This document shows, piece after piece, positions 29,302 through 39,412 of a stretch of 62,153 nt of DNA. Within the stretch, counting starts at the first letter, position 1; every line of letters starts with the position of its first letter. Source of the DNA: an uncultured Methanospirillum sp. (GTDB lineage Archaea; Halobacteriota; Methanomicrobia; Methanomicrobiales; Methanospirillaceae). The stretch spans positions 62,001 through 124,153 of the forward strand of contig CAZWTX010000004.1 of NCBI GenBank assembly GCA_964637135.1, read 5' to 3'. Below the pieces are notes generated by a model, which saw only the letters and a list, made by a program, of their open reading frames with translations, made no database searches and was not told the DNA's origin. The position numbers and the translations under genes are program-made.

Positions 29302-30552
29302 ATGAAAGTGGCCCCGGAAAGGTGGAAACCCGTATTTTGGTGTATCATGTGCATCATTCTGATCGGTATTCAGGGAATAACTGCAGATAATTCCGGACTC
29401 CCTGAAGCACTTCCGCAGAGTGAAGAAGTGACTCCCGGGCTTGATATCACTGATCCGTGGGCGCTTACCGATCAGAGCGGTGGATACCAGAGCCTCTATA
29501 CGACGGCACGGTGGGCCGGCTATATCCCGATCTCCTGTCCGCCAATGAATAAGAAGGTCGCGGATGTCGCAGGTGATTATCTGAAAGTCTCTGCGAGTGT
29601 TATTTATCAGAATGTTTCTGATCCCATCTTTGAATCAGCAGATTCCTACCGTGGATGGTCGTTATCCCGGGATACCGGTAGTATCCCCTTCAGCAGGTAT
29701 CCCGGGGGGACGATTGTCCAGAGGACTGAGCCTCTTGACAGTTCCAGTCAGACAACCATTCATACCTCTATCCGTGGCTGGGTGGACCAGCATACGGAAT
29801 TCCGGGTGAATACAGAAGGATCTGTGAAGAAGTGGATCCTCGACGAAGAAAACTGCACGCCCTCCTATGTAGAACGAAAGCAGAAGATGGAAATCCTGGT
29901 ACCTGAAGAAGCGATCCGGGTGAGTGATCTTGTCTATCACCGGCTGACCGGAACAGGGGATAAGAATCAGACCGGAACCGGCCCGGTTGCCATGACCCCA
30001 GAGCCATCGCCAACGCCGGTTCCTACACTAGATCCGACACCGGTACCGTCACCGGACGCCCCGCCGGCCAGTGTGATAATCGAAGATCCTGGTGTTGTCC
30101 TTGATGAATACCGGGAGTACCAGGATCATGCCCGGGAGCTCCGTACTCTTCTGAATGACGAATACCAGGAGATCGCCAGCGAGATTGAAGATACTTCAGT
30201 CTCCAGACTGCACGCAGAGGCATCAGATCTTGACGCCCGGATCATCTCCGGGAAGAATGAATTCTCAAAACTGACCGTTCTTGAAGAAGAAATAGGGGAC
30301 GCAAACATATCCGCTCCCTGGGGAATCCTGACGAGTGATTCGTATCATGACCTGAAAATTGCAGAGGAGGAGTTGATCGAATATTATACCCTGAAACGGG
30401 ATACAATTCAGGATAAGCTGGACAGATATGAGTCCCAGCAGGAACGGTATCATCTGGTTGAAGAATACCTTGGTGTGATCGATGTCTTCCTGATGCAGAT
30501 CGGGAGTGAGATAAAACGACTCGAGAAGATGGGGGCCGAATCGTCACAATAA
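29302..30552 (+). CDS. Hypothetical exported protein with Pro/Thr linker and C-terminal coiled coil
   Basis: Signal-like N-terminus, TPEPSPTPVPTLDPTPVPSP linker, acidic helical C-terminus; GGAGTGA RBS. Confidence 0.7.
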   Translation: MKVAPERWKPVFWCIMCIILIGIQGITADNSGLPEALPQSEEVTPGLDITDPWALTDQSGGYQSLYTTARWAGYIPISCPPMNKKVADVAGDYLKVSASVIYQNVSDPIFESADSYRGWSLSRDTGSIPFSRYPGGTIVQRTEPLDSSSQTTIHTSIRGWVDQHTEFRVNTEGSVKKWILDEENCTPSYVERKQKMEILVPEEAIRVSDLVYHRLTGTGDKNQTGTGPVAMTPEPSPTPVPTLDPTPVPSPDAPPASVIIEDPGVVLDEYREYQDHARELRTLLNDEYQEIASEIEDTSVSRLHAEASDLDARIISGKNEFSKLTVLEEEIGDANISAPWGILTSDSYHDLKIAEEELIEYYTLKRDTIQDKLDRYESQQERYHLVEEYLGVIDVFLMQIGSEIKRLEKMGAESSQ

Positions 30553-30956
30553 ACCGTTTCAGGCCGGATTTGTTCATCGTCCCTTTTTTTACTCCTTCAA
30601 ACCGCTACACGTGTTGTATCGACATTAAGGGTCCATAGTATCGTTTTTGTGATATCCACTACCCTGAATGGATCAACCGGTACCCATCTGCAACTGACAA
30701 GTATGGTGTATCAGCACGGTTTCACATGTTCAGATGTATGTAAATCCCCTCTTCCCATTTCTGGCAGATGGTCCAATCGTGGGTTTTGAATCCTTCCTTG
30801 AATGGAGGGGGATGATTTGGTACGGATTTCGGGATTACCGGCCCTTGGATATTACATAATGGGGTTTATTATATAATGACCCCCGATATTCCCCGATTCC
30901 AACCGGTGAGCCTATCCCTATTTAAGAACTAATCTGAACTGGGGATATAAGGAGGC

Positions 30957-33053
30957 ATGAAAGCAGCACGAGCCTCAGTCTGGGACCTCTATAACGGGGC
31001 AAAACAATACGTGGTCCCGCTCTTTCAACGGCCGTACGTTTGGTCACCGGATCAATGGGAGCAGCTCTGGACGGATATCTGGGAGCAGTATCAGATCCGG
31101 GGCGGTACCGGGGTAAAAAAAACTGCCCGGTTCCTTGGCTCTATCGTCGTGGTACGGGAATACGAGAAGAACCTCGATAAGTTTACGGTCATTGATGGTC
31201 AGCAGCGGATCACCACGATCAGCATTCTCCTTGCGGTTATCAGGGCTTTTGCCAGGGAACGGGGAATGAATGAACTGTACGGTCAGATATCTGATTTTCT
31301 GCGCAATACACCTAAAACAGGAGAAGGTCAGTATGTGATCATCCCCACCCGGGTGGACAAACCCTCATTGTATCACATTTTTAACGAGGATTATACCTTT
31401 GAACAGGATTCCCGGATCGTTGAATGCTTTGATTATTTCTGGCGCACGCTTGACAGTACCCCGGGAATCGATCTTAATATCCTTCAGCAGGTGATCACCG
31501 AGGATCTCTGTGTTGTATATATCGAACTTGATGAGGGTGAAAACCCGAATCAGGTGTTCGAAGCATTGAATTACCGGGGAGTCCCCCTTGAAGAGTCTGA
31601 TCTGATCCGCAATTTCTTCTTTGCATGCCTTGAATCTCCCGAGATCGCTGAAGCAGAGTATGATCAGTACTGGAAACCGATGGAAGAGCGGTTGTTCAAT
31701 GACCAGGAACTCATCTCCCGGTTTATCCGTCATTTCCTGATGCAGACCGGGGAGATTATCCGACCGGGTGAAGTGTTCGAAGCAATTCGTGAACGATACC
31801 TGCACTCGTCAACCGACCAGATACGCCAGTTACTCCAGGATCTGAACCGGTATTCGGATTATTACCGTCGCATATGGTATCCTGAAGAAGAGATACCCGA
31901 GGATCCCATCTTCAGGATGATAATCCGCAGTCTGATCCGAATCCGCCTGCTTGGTCCTGATCAGATTTGCCCGTTTCTCATGCTCTGTCTTGCAGATAAT
32001 GATCCTGCATCAGATTCAGGAAACCGGCTGTCGGATGAAGACCTCTGCCGTGTGTTGCGCACCTGTGAGAGTTACCTGGTCCGAAGAGCCGTGTGTAACC
32101 GGTCTGACAGCGGGTATACGCAGGTCTTTTCAGACCTCTGCCGCGAAAGTCGTGATGGAGGGCCCGACCCAGGCAGGGTTGCATCATTTTTTACCGGCCT
32201 TCGGGAACCGCATGCATGCCCTGACGATGACGAATTTGATGATCATCTCCGGCATTCAGATCTTTACCAGCCCGGAGGGGATAACATCCTTGTCTGGATT
32301 ATCCTCCAGTCTCTTGAGGAATTCTTTGATGACCAGTCACGCCGGTCTGATCAGGCACGCGAACCTGATCTCTTTGAAGACGGGCCGGCATCCCGGATGA
32401 TTGATCATATCATGCCAGAGACCGTCACCGGCTGGTGGCAGGAACATCTTGGCCAGGATTATTCGACCGTGCACCAGGATTTTCTTCACCGGCTTGGGAA
32501 CCTTACCCTCACCCTGGAGAACCCTGCAGTAAAAAGTGCTGATTTTGAGACGAAAAAGGCCTGGTATGGGCTTGACTCAATTCTGCTGAATACTTCGATG
32601 AAAAGTATCCGAATCTGGAGAAGATTCCAGATTGATCAGCGGAGCGGGATTCTTGCGGCTTTTTGCAGGAAGATCTGGCCGTCGGTACCGTTACCGCCGG
32701 AAATTCCGGCTGTGGTTCATGAATCCTCGCCATGTATGCGCCAGGGGGAGATCCCGAAACGGGCACGGCCGGTTATGGTGACCGTGCAGGGCACTGCATA
32801 CCCGGTGAAGTTCTGGTACCAGGTCCTTGAACAGACAGTTCAGGCAATCTTCCAGAAGGAACCTCGAAAATTCGAACGGGTCATCAGGGAATACCCGTCT
32901 TTCTTCTCCGAGGATCCAGCGCAGTACAAATCGGTGGTCGGGGGGTACTCGTATAAATCGCGATTCGGGAGGTACCAGGTTCGTGATATGTGCCTGCACA
33001 TGGTGCTGCTTGTCGGCTGGACCGAGGATTCCTGGTGTCTGACCTGTGAATAA
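30957..33053 (+). CDS. GmrSD-type (DUF262 + DUF1524/HNH) modification-dependent restriction nuclease with extra C-terminal domain
   Basis: P.FQRPYVW, FLGSIV, IDGQQRITT, FEALN.RG.PL; DHIMP...GNLTL; AGGAGG RBS. Confidence 0.85.
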   Translation: MKAARASVWDLYNGAKQYVVPLFQRPYVWSPDQWEQLWTDIWEQYQIRGGTGVKKTARFLGSIVVVREYEKNLDKFTVIDGQQRITTISILLAVIRAFARERGMNELYGQISDFLRNTPKTGEGQYVIIPTRVDKPSLYHIFNEDYTFEQDSRIVECFDYFWRTLDSTPGIDLNILQQVITEDLCVVYIELDEGENPNQVFEALNYRGVPLEESDLIRNFFFACLESPEIAEAEYDQYWKPMEERLFNDQELISRFIRHFLMQTGEIIRPGEVFEAIRERYLHSSTDQIRQLLQDLNRYSDYYRRIWYPEEEIPEDPIFRMIIRSLIRIRLLGPDQICPFLMLCLADNDPASDSGNRLSDEDLCRVLRTCESYLVRRAVCNRSDSGYTQVFSDLCRESRDGGPDPGRVASFFTGLREPHACPDDDEFDDHLRHSDLYQPGGDNILVWIILQSLEEFFDDQSRRSDQAREPDLFEDGPASRMIDHIMPETVTGWWQEHLGQDYSTVHQDFLHRLGNLTLTLENPAVKSADFETKKAWYGLDSILLNTSMKSIRIWRRFQIDQRSGILAAFCRKIWPSVPLPPEIPAVVHESSPCMRQGEIPKRARPVMVTVQGTAYPVKFWYQVLEQTVQAIFQKEPRKFERVIREYPSFFSEDPAQYKSVVGGYSYKSRFGRYQVRDMCLHMVLLVGWTEDSWCLTCE

Positions 33054-33165
33054 CCGGGATTAATCAATCTCCTTTCTTTTTACCGAAAACCCCCTGTTTT
33101 TCCTGAACGATCATCTTATCTTTTTTGCTGACGAAAAACCTGTTGACGAAATTTTCGGTGACAAA

Positions 33166-34125
33166 ATGCCAGTCATGACTCCGGACCAGGTACGGGAGAG
33201 ATTCGGGCCGCTCTTTGCAGAACGGTTTCTGGTGATGGTGGATGAGGAACGAGGTCTTGCTGAGATCATCGAGTCCTGTCGTCATCAGGGAACGATTGAA
33301 TGGGATGTAATGAACAGGCGGCGGGCCGGCGGAGCGATTCGGGCAGCGACGGTTGAGGGCACCACGCTGACCATGATCGCCGCCCTTGGAGAATACCCGG
33401 CCCGTTTCGGACCGGCAGAGCAGGAGATTGGCGGTCAGTCCCTTGAATCAGTGGTTGTATCAGGTTCCGAGGTGGCAACCGGATGGGCTGGAATTGCCGG
33501 TGCAGGGGTGGGCATTGCTGCCTGCCTCCCGCAGGCTCCTGGAGTCATCAGGACCGAGTATCCGCAGGATGAAGACCTGAGTCCTGGTGGCGCACGGATC
33601 TGCCGTACGAAGATCATATCCCCCCGGTATGAGAAGGTGACCATCGGTATTGATGATACTGACACGAAAGACGGGGGTGCTACCTGGGTTCTCGCCCTGA
33701 AATGTGCGGAACAGTGTGCCATAGCGGGAGTTGTTTTCATCCGGATGCGCCTTGTTCAACTTAATCCGAAGGTTCCTGACAAAACGACAAATTGCGTGGG
33801 TGCAGTGCTGGTTTTTGCCGTACGAAGCGATGCTACGAGAGATCTTATCGAATATGTCCGGTCTTTCATCGAGCAGCATGCAGTATCGGGTGAATCCGGG
33901 ATTGCGTACCGCACCGGGATTCATTATGGCGAAGAGAAAACCGGGTTTATAAGACGGGTCAAAGAAGAGATCATCTCCCTTTGTGATGCGGAAGAAGAGG
34001 CAGAACGGCTCGGTGTCCGGTATATCGATACAACCGGGGGAAAAGGACGAATTGGAGCATTAGGGGCGGTTCTCTGGGAACCGTTCGGTGTGGAGGCTGC
34101 AGGATTGTATGGAGAACATCTCTGA
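33166..34125 (+). CDS. Mmp11/TiaS-kinase-domain-like protein (paralogue 1)
   Basis: GIDDTD...GATW, QLNP.VP.KT.NC, G.G.IGALGA motifs shared with the TiaS N-terminal domains. Confidence 0.75.
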   Translation: MPVMTPDQVRERFGPLFAERFLVMVDEERGLAEIIESCRHQGTIEWDVMNRRRAGGAIRAATVEGTTLTMIAALGEYPARFGPAEQEIGGQSLESVVVSGSEVATGWAGIAGAGVGIAACLPQAPGVIRTEYPQDEDLSPGGARICRTKIISPRYEKVTIGIDDTDTKDGGATWVLALKCAEQCAIAGVVFIRMRLVQLNPKVPDKTTNCVGAVLVFAVRSDATRDLIEYVRSFIEQHAVSGESGIAYRTGIHYGEEKTGFIRRVKEEIISLCDAEEEAERLGVRYIDTTGGKGRIGALGAVLWEPFGVEAAGLYGEHL

Positions 34126-34999
34126 ACCGTATGTCATCCATTATCCCTGGATATGTGCTATAAGCCCGGATGACGGGAACGAAGTCGAACTGATCGAGTG
34201 TTTTGACTGTATCGGCGGGGCGATGTGGGTGAAGAAACATTATGCACAGTCCCCTCTCGTCCGTTCGATCAGGACGATCGGAACCACCAACCGGTACCTG
34301 CTCACCTGTGGCTCGGTGGATCTTCTCCTTGAAGGATCACGGTTCCCGGCCGGGATATCTGCCGTTTCCGTCTCCGGTGAGGAGATCAGTATCTCATATA
34401 TCGGGATGGGGGGAGGCGGGGTCGGTGCCACGATCTGCCGTGCTACTGCCCAGGGAGTGCTCCGCTCGACCTGTGAGGATTCCGGTGGAGGAAAGGTTGC
34501 CGGTGCGACGATTGTTCTCCCCCGCCGGCGCCGGGTTCTTATCGGTGTGGATGACACCGATACTCCCGAGGAGGGGGCAACCTGGACGCTTGTCCATAAC
34601 ATTGCCACGCAGGTAGCCGATGCCGCACACCAGTACCTCTCGCATACCATTGTGCAGTTCTTCCCGGTAGAATATCGTACCAAGAATTGTGTCGGGGTAG
34701 TTGCAGAGTTTGCCTCCACGAATCCTGAAGTTCTCGCCGATCGGTTTTCAGATCTCCTGAAACGGTATACTCTCTCGGACAAGACCGGGATGGCAGTGTT
34801 TACCGGATTTTCACCGGAACGGCTGCTTGATTATGGCTGGAGGGTTAAACAGGGAGAGGTCAGCCCTGACGAAGCCCTCGCTCTTGCCGGCCCTGATCTC
34901 TCCATCTCTATTGATGGCCGGGGAATCACCGGTGCGGTTGCGGCAATACCATTTGCAACGCGGTACAGGGAGGCGCTTGAATTGTGCGTCCGGAAATAA
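34109..34999 (+). CDS. Methanogenesis marker protein 11-like (paralogue 2)
   Basis: PYVIHY, GGAMWV..HY..SPLV, GMGGGGVGA..CR..A.GV, GVDDTD..EEGATW, RT.NC; ATG 34109 overlaps the upstream gene. Confidence 0.8.
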   Translation: MENISEPYVIHYPWICAISPDDGNEVELIECFDCIGGAMWVKKHYAQSPLVRSIRTIGTTNRYLLTCGSVDLLLEGSRFPAGISAVSVSGEEISISYIGMGGGGVGATICRATAQGVLRSTCEDSGGGKVAGATIVLPRRRRVLIGVDDTDTPEEGATWTLVHNIATQVADAAHQYLSHTIVQFFPVEYRTKNCVGVVAEFASTNPEVLADRFSDLLKRYTLSDKTGMAVFTGFSPERLLDYGWRVKQGEVSPDEALALAGPDLSISIDGRGITGAVAAIPFATRYREALELCVRK

Positions 35000-35946
35000 A
35001 GGCACGACTGCTATATGCCGGGACTGTCCGGATCACCGGAGAACCGGTTGAATCCTATATTGCCCGTTCCACTGCAGGTCCGGGAGCAGGAAGTGCTGGT
35101 GCTGTCTTTTATTCTGACGGGAAGGGACGGGTCAGGCTGGGTATCGCCCCTGACGGACCGGTTACGATCACCCATCTCGGTAATGGCCTCGTAGAACTCC
35201 GATATGATGATCTGTTTCTTACAGGAAGCCTTGAAAAACCCGCTTTACACTGTCCCCGGCAGGCATTCATTACCATTACGAGCGCCTGTATCTTCCGCTG
35301 CAGGTACTGTGTTGTCCCGACTCTCTCTGGGAGGAAAACCCCTGAAGAAATTGAAGCCATGGTCCGTTCGGTTCTCCCTGAAATTGATGCCATCTCTCTG
35401 ACATCCGGGGTGCTCTCCTCCATATCAGAAGAAGAAGAATATACCATTGGTATCGTGAAACTGCTCTCGCAGTTTGGTCTTCCGATCGGGGTGTCCATCT
35501 ATCCGACGAGAACCGGTCCGTTAAGACTTCACGATGCCGGTGCCGTCGAGGTCAAATTCAACCTGGAGACGGCAACCAACGCCCTCTTCAGGGAGATGTG
35601 TCCTGATCTTGATCGTGGGGAGGTATTCAGGATTCTCGTCTCCTCTGTACCGATTTTTGGGAAAGGGCATGTATTCTCAAATATCATCATCGGCCTCGGA
35701 GAAAGCGATGACGAGATCAGAACCTGTATTGATCTCCTCTGTGAAAACGGGATAATTCCCGTGATTCGACCTCTCAATCCCGGGGGTGACCTGGCTGGAT
35801 TTTCACGTCCGTCCCCGGAGCGACTGATGGCAACGCATGACTACCTGACCCGTGCCCTTGCAGAGAATGGTCTTGACCCGATGCGGGCAAAAACCATGTG
35901 CCCGGCATGTACCGGATGTGATCTCATTCCAGGGAGGGATGCCTGA
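34984..35946 (+). CDS. Radical SAM protein (biotin-synthase-related) with C-terminal CxxCxxC
   Basis: CIFRCRYC; KFNLET; NIIIGLGES; C-terminal MCPACTGCD. Confidence 0.85.
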   Translation: MRPEIKARLLYAGTVRITGEPVESYIARSTAGPGAGSAGAVFYSDGKGRVRLGIAPDGPVTITHLGNGLVELRYDDLFLTGSLEKPALHCPRQAFITITSACIFRCRYCVVPTLSGRKTPEEIEAMVRSVLPEIDAISLTSGVLSSISEEEEYTIGIVKLLSQFGLPIGVSIYPTRTGPLRLHDAGAVEVKFNLETATNALFREMCPDLDRGEVFRILVSSVPIFGKGHVFSNIIIGLGESDDEIRTCIDLLCENGIIPVIRPLNPGGDLAGFSRPSPERLMATHDYLTRALAENGLDPMRAKTMCPACTGCDLIPGRDA

Positions 35947-37082
35947 TGGATCATCTGGTCAGCGATATCCTGGCATCATCTGACCGGGTATACGGGGTTC
36001 CCGGATACCCGGTTACCCGGCTGATCCAAAAAACAGGAGCCGAACTGGTCATCAACGAGAAGGTCGCTCTTGAATACGCCCTGGGTGATTCTCTCGCCGG
36101 GCGGCGTGCCTGTGTCATCGTGAAACATGTCGGCGTCAACGCGCTTGCCGATCCCCTCGCCCATGCGACCTTCCAGGGATTGAAAGCAGGTGTTGTCCTT
36201 CTTTCAGGCGATGATCCGGTCGCGGCAAACACCCTTACCGTTCAGGATTCCCGATGTTATGGGCCGGTTGCCGGGATACCGGTACTCGCTCCCGGTCCTG
36301 CTTCTCCGTTTCATATCCGGGATGCATATACTGCATCTGAACGGTACTCACGGATCGCCCTCGTCAGAATGACCCCCGAATCCATGGAAACCTATTCTTC
36401 CTGTCCAGAGAGCCCGGACGGCAGGAACGCCGTCAGACCCCCGGGATCCCTGGCCGATCCCGGCCTCACGATGTATGGGCGGGCGAAACAGGCAGCAGAA
36501 GGATATCCCCTGATGGCTGAGGAGGGCCTGATTCCAGGAACGGGACAGTACCCGCCTCCGGCCCCCCTCCCCGGAAACCCGGTCAGCAGGCATGACCGGG
36601 GCACCTGCCGGACCCTGTGCAGAGAGTGCCCGTACCATATGCTCTTTGCCCTGCTCAGGGATCTTGGAAAGGAGGTGATCTGCGATACCGGCTGTAGTCT
36701 GCTTGCCATGAACCCGCCCTATGGATTCGGGCTTGCCTGCTATGGAATGGGTTCTGCAGCTGCTGTCGCAGCCAGGAGCGTCGGAATAGCCCTGACCGGT
36801 GACGGGGCATTGTTCCACTCCGGGCTTCAGGCGCTTATCGATGCCCGGAAAAAAGCAATCCCGCTGCTCTGTATCGTGATGCAGAATCGGTGTATGGGGA
36901 TGACCGGGGGTCAACCGGTGGGTGACATCATTCCATACCTCAAACCCTTTGACCCCCTTATCATCGATGCCAGTGATGTCATGTCAATTGCATCTGCACT
37001 CATGTCCGTCAGTCGTCTCCGTGTGATCGTGGTACAGGGCCGCTGCCCAGAGGTGATATGTCATGAAACCGTGGAATGTTGA
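35946..37082 (+). CDS. Shortened IorA-like thiamine-diphosphate enzyme
   Basis: GVPGYP, NEKVALE, KHVGVN, GDDP, LCRECP, DTGC, GDGALFHSG...N..MGMTG.Q; 378 aa with no C-terminal ferredoxin domain. Confidence 0.85.
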   Translation: MDHLVSDILASSDRVYGVPGYPVTRLIQKTGAELVINEKVALEYALGDSLAGRRACVIVKHVGVNALADPLAHATFQGLKAGVVLLSGDDPVAANTLTVQDSRCYGPVAGIPVLAPGPASPFHIRDAYTASERYSRIALVRMTPESMETYSSCPESPDGRNAVRPPGSLADPGLTMYGRAKQAAEGYPLMAEEGLIPGTGQYPPPAPLPGNPVSRHDRGTCRTLCRECPYHMLFALLRDLGKEVICDTGCSLLAMNPPYGFGLACYGMGSAAAVAARSVGIALTGDGALFHSGLQALIDARKKAIPLLCIVMQNRCMGMTGGQPVGDIIPYLKPFDPLIIDASDVMSIASALMSVSRLRVIVVQGRCPEVICHETVEC

Positions 37083-38235
37083 GATCTGTGATGTAACTCT
37101 GCGCGACGGGGAACAGACCCCCGGCGTCTCATTTAAGCGCGAAGAGAAGATGGAGATCGCTTCCCGCCTTGATGCTATCGGAATCGAGGTGATCGAAGCA
37201 GGATTCCCGATCGTATCGGTACACGAGAAGGAGATCATCCGGGAAATATCCCGGATGGGTCTTTCTGCAAAGATATGCGGCCTCTCACGTGCCTGCCGGG
37301 AGGATGTGGATGCCGCCCTGGAGGCCGAGGTTGACATGATCGGGCTGTTTGTTGCAACCTCAGACCTCCATATCAGGCATAAGTACAAAAAACCCCGCGA
37401 GGAGGTCTTTGCAAAGGCCTTTGAACAACTTGATTATGCCGTTGACCATGGACTGATCGTCAGGTTCGGGGCAGAAGACGCGTCGAGGACCGATCGTGAC
37501 GTTCTCCTCTCCGTGTACCGTGAAGCTGCAGACCGTAAGGCTACGTATGTCACTTATGCCGATACCACCGGGCGCCTTACCCCCCTTGAAGTGGCAACGG
37601 TGATGGACGATCTTATCCCGCAGGTTCCGGTCCCGGTTGCGATACACGCACATAATGATCTCGGTTGTGCGACCGCGAACACGATCATCGCAGCAGAAAA
37701 AGGAGCGTTCCAGTTACATACGACTGTCAACGGTCTTGGAGAGCGGGCAGGAAATGCACGGCTTGAAGAGGTTCTTGTCAGTCTTGTCCTGAAAGGAGGG
37801 ATTAACCGGTATGATCTCACTGTTCTCCCTGGTCTCTCGGCTGAGGTCGAGGAGTATACGGGAATCCGCATGCCGGCAATCAAGGCAGTTGTCGGAGCAA
37901 ATGCGTTTGCCCACGAGAGCGGGATTCATATCGCGGCAATCCTGGAGAATCCCTCAACATACGAATATATCCCTCCCGAACTGCTTGGTCTGGAGCGACG
38001 GTTTATTCTCGGAAAACACACCGGGAAGCGGGCACTTACCCATATCCTCGGGACATTCGGGTATCACCTGGCAGATGAACAGGTAATCGCGGTACTGGAT
38101 GAGATCAAGGAACAGAGCGAGGGAAAGTGCAGGATCACCCCGGTGGTGTTGGCATCGATCATTCACAAGGTATGTGGAGAGGATATCATCAATGGAGCCA
38201 TTAACCGAGAGAATTCTGGGTGCCCCGGCCGGTGA
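37063..38235 (+). CDS. aksA: Homocitrate synthase-family 2-oxoacid elongation synthase
   Basis: DVTLRDGEQTPG, HAHNDLG, NGLGERAGN, HESGIH; no LeuA regulatory domain; operon context. Confidence 0.8.
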   Translation: MKPWNVEICDVTLRDGEQTPGVSFKREEKMEIASRLDAIGIEVIEAGFPIVSVHEKEIIREISRMGLSAKICGLSRACREDVDAALEAEVDMIGLFVATSDLHIRHKYKKPREEVFAKAFEQLDYAVDHGLIVRFGAEDASRTDRDVLLSVYREAADRKATYVTYADTTGRLTPLEVATVMDDLIPQVPVPVAIHAHNDLGCATANTIIAAEKGAFQLHTTVNGLGERAGNARLEEVLVSLVLKGGINRYDLTVLPGLSAEVEEYTGIRMPAIKAVVGANAFAHESGIHIAAILENPSTYEYIPPELLGLERRFILGKHTGKRALTHILGTFGYHLADEQVIAVLDEIKEQSEGKCRITPVVLASIIHKVCGEDIINGAINRENSGCPGR

Positions 38236-39412
38236 ATTCGTAGACCGGAAGGTTGACCGGGCCTTCTGCCATGACGGTACGGGAATCCAGGCGAAAGTAA
38301 TCTATGATGAGATGGGTGCCCCAGGTCTGGCTCATCCCACCGGCGTATACATCATATACGACCATATCGCCCCGGCTAACAACGGGCAGACTGCAGACCT
38401 GCAGCATGAACTCCGGTCCTTTGCCCGGGATAACGGGGTCACCTTCTTTGATATCGGGGCAGGCATCTGCCACCAGGTGATGGCCGAAGGGCTGGTTCTG
38501 CCCGGAGAGGTCGTAATAGGGGCTGATTCCCACTCATGTACCCTTGGTGCGCTCGGGGCCTTCGCGACCGGTGTCGGGGCAAGTGACATGGCCGGTATCT
38601 GGGTATCCGGAGAGACCTGGTTGCGGGTACCGGAAACGATTGCTGTCAGGCTTACCGGTTCCCTCAGGGCAGGAGTTGAGGCAAAGGACATAGCCCTGTC
38701 CTATGTCGGAAGCCTGGGAATGGATGGTGCGACGTACCAGGCAATTGAGTTCATCGGTGACGCATTCCCCGCTCTTCCCATGGAATCCCGCCTGACCCTC
38801 TGCAATATGGCCGTGGAGGTCGGGGCAAAGGCCGGACTCTGTTATGCAGATGCGGTGACCAGAACCTATCTTGCCGGGTTTGGAACAGAAATATCCGAGC
38901 AGATACCTGCAGACTCCGGGTATACCCGGGAGATCGATCTCTCCCTAAATGACCTTGTTCCCCTCCTGGCTGTTCCTCACCGGGTTGACACGGTTTATCC
39001 GGTCCCTGATTATGCAGGAACACCTGTTGATCAGGTATTCATCGGAACCTGCACGAATGGCCGGTATGAAGACCTGAAACGGGCAGCGGATATCCTTCGC
39101 GGACGGCGTGTCTCGGTGAGGACCATTGTTGTTCCGGCATCTGAACGCGATTACCTGAAAGCTGTCCGGACAGGTATTGCCGCAGACCTGATTGCTGCCG
39201 GTTGTGTTGTCTGCCCGCCCGGCTGCGGTCCGTGCCTCGGGGCGCACATGGGGGTTCTCGGGAAGGGCGAGGTTGCTCTTTCGACGGCAAACCGCAACTT
39301 TAGGAACCGGATGGGAATCGATGCCTCGTATTATCTCTGTTCCCCGACGACTGCGGCCGCTTCTGCATTATACGGACAAATCATAGATCCCCGTGAGGTG
39401 TGTTCATGCTGA
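38192..39412 (+). CDS. aksD: Homoaconitase large subunit
   Basis: HDGT, GICHQV, GADSHSCT, FIGTCTNGR, PGCGPCLG, NRNF..RMG. Confidence 0.85.
   Translation: MEPLTERILGAPAGEFVDRKVDRAFCHDGTGIQAKVIYDEMGAPGLAHPTGVYIIYDHIAPANNGQTADLQHELRSFARDNGVTFFDIGAGICHQVMAEGLVLPGEVVIGADSHSCTLGALGAFATGVGASDMAGIWVSGETWLRVPETIAVRLTGSLRAGVEAKDIALSYVGSLGMDGATYQAIEFIGDAFPALPMESRLTLCNMAVEVGAKAGLCYADAVTRTYLAGFGTEISEQIPADSGYTREIDLSLNDLVPLLAVPHRVDTVYPVPDYAGTPVDQVFIGTCTNGRYEDLKRAADILRGRRVSVRTIVVPASERDYLKAVRTGIAADLIAAGCVVCPPGCGPCLGAHMGVLGKGEVALSTANRNFRNRMGIDASYYLCSPTTAAASALYGQIIDPREVCSC

Noticed and set aside
33166..34999. tRNA(Ile2) agmatidine synthetase TiaS
   Set aside because: Only the DDTD module is shared; the tRNA-binding OB and Zn-ribbon domains are absent and a different N-terminal domain is present.
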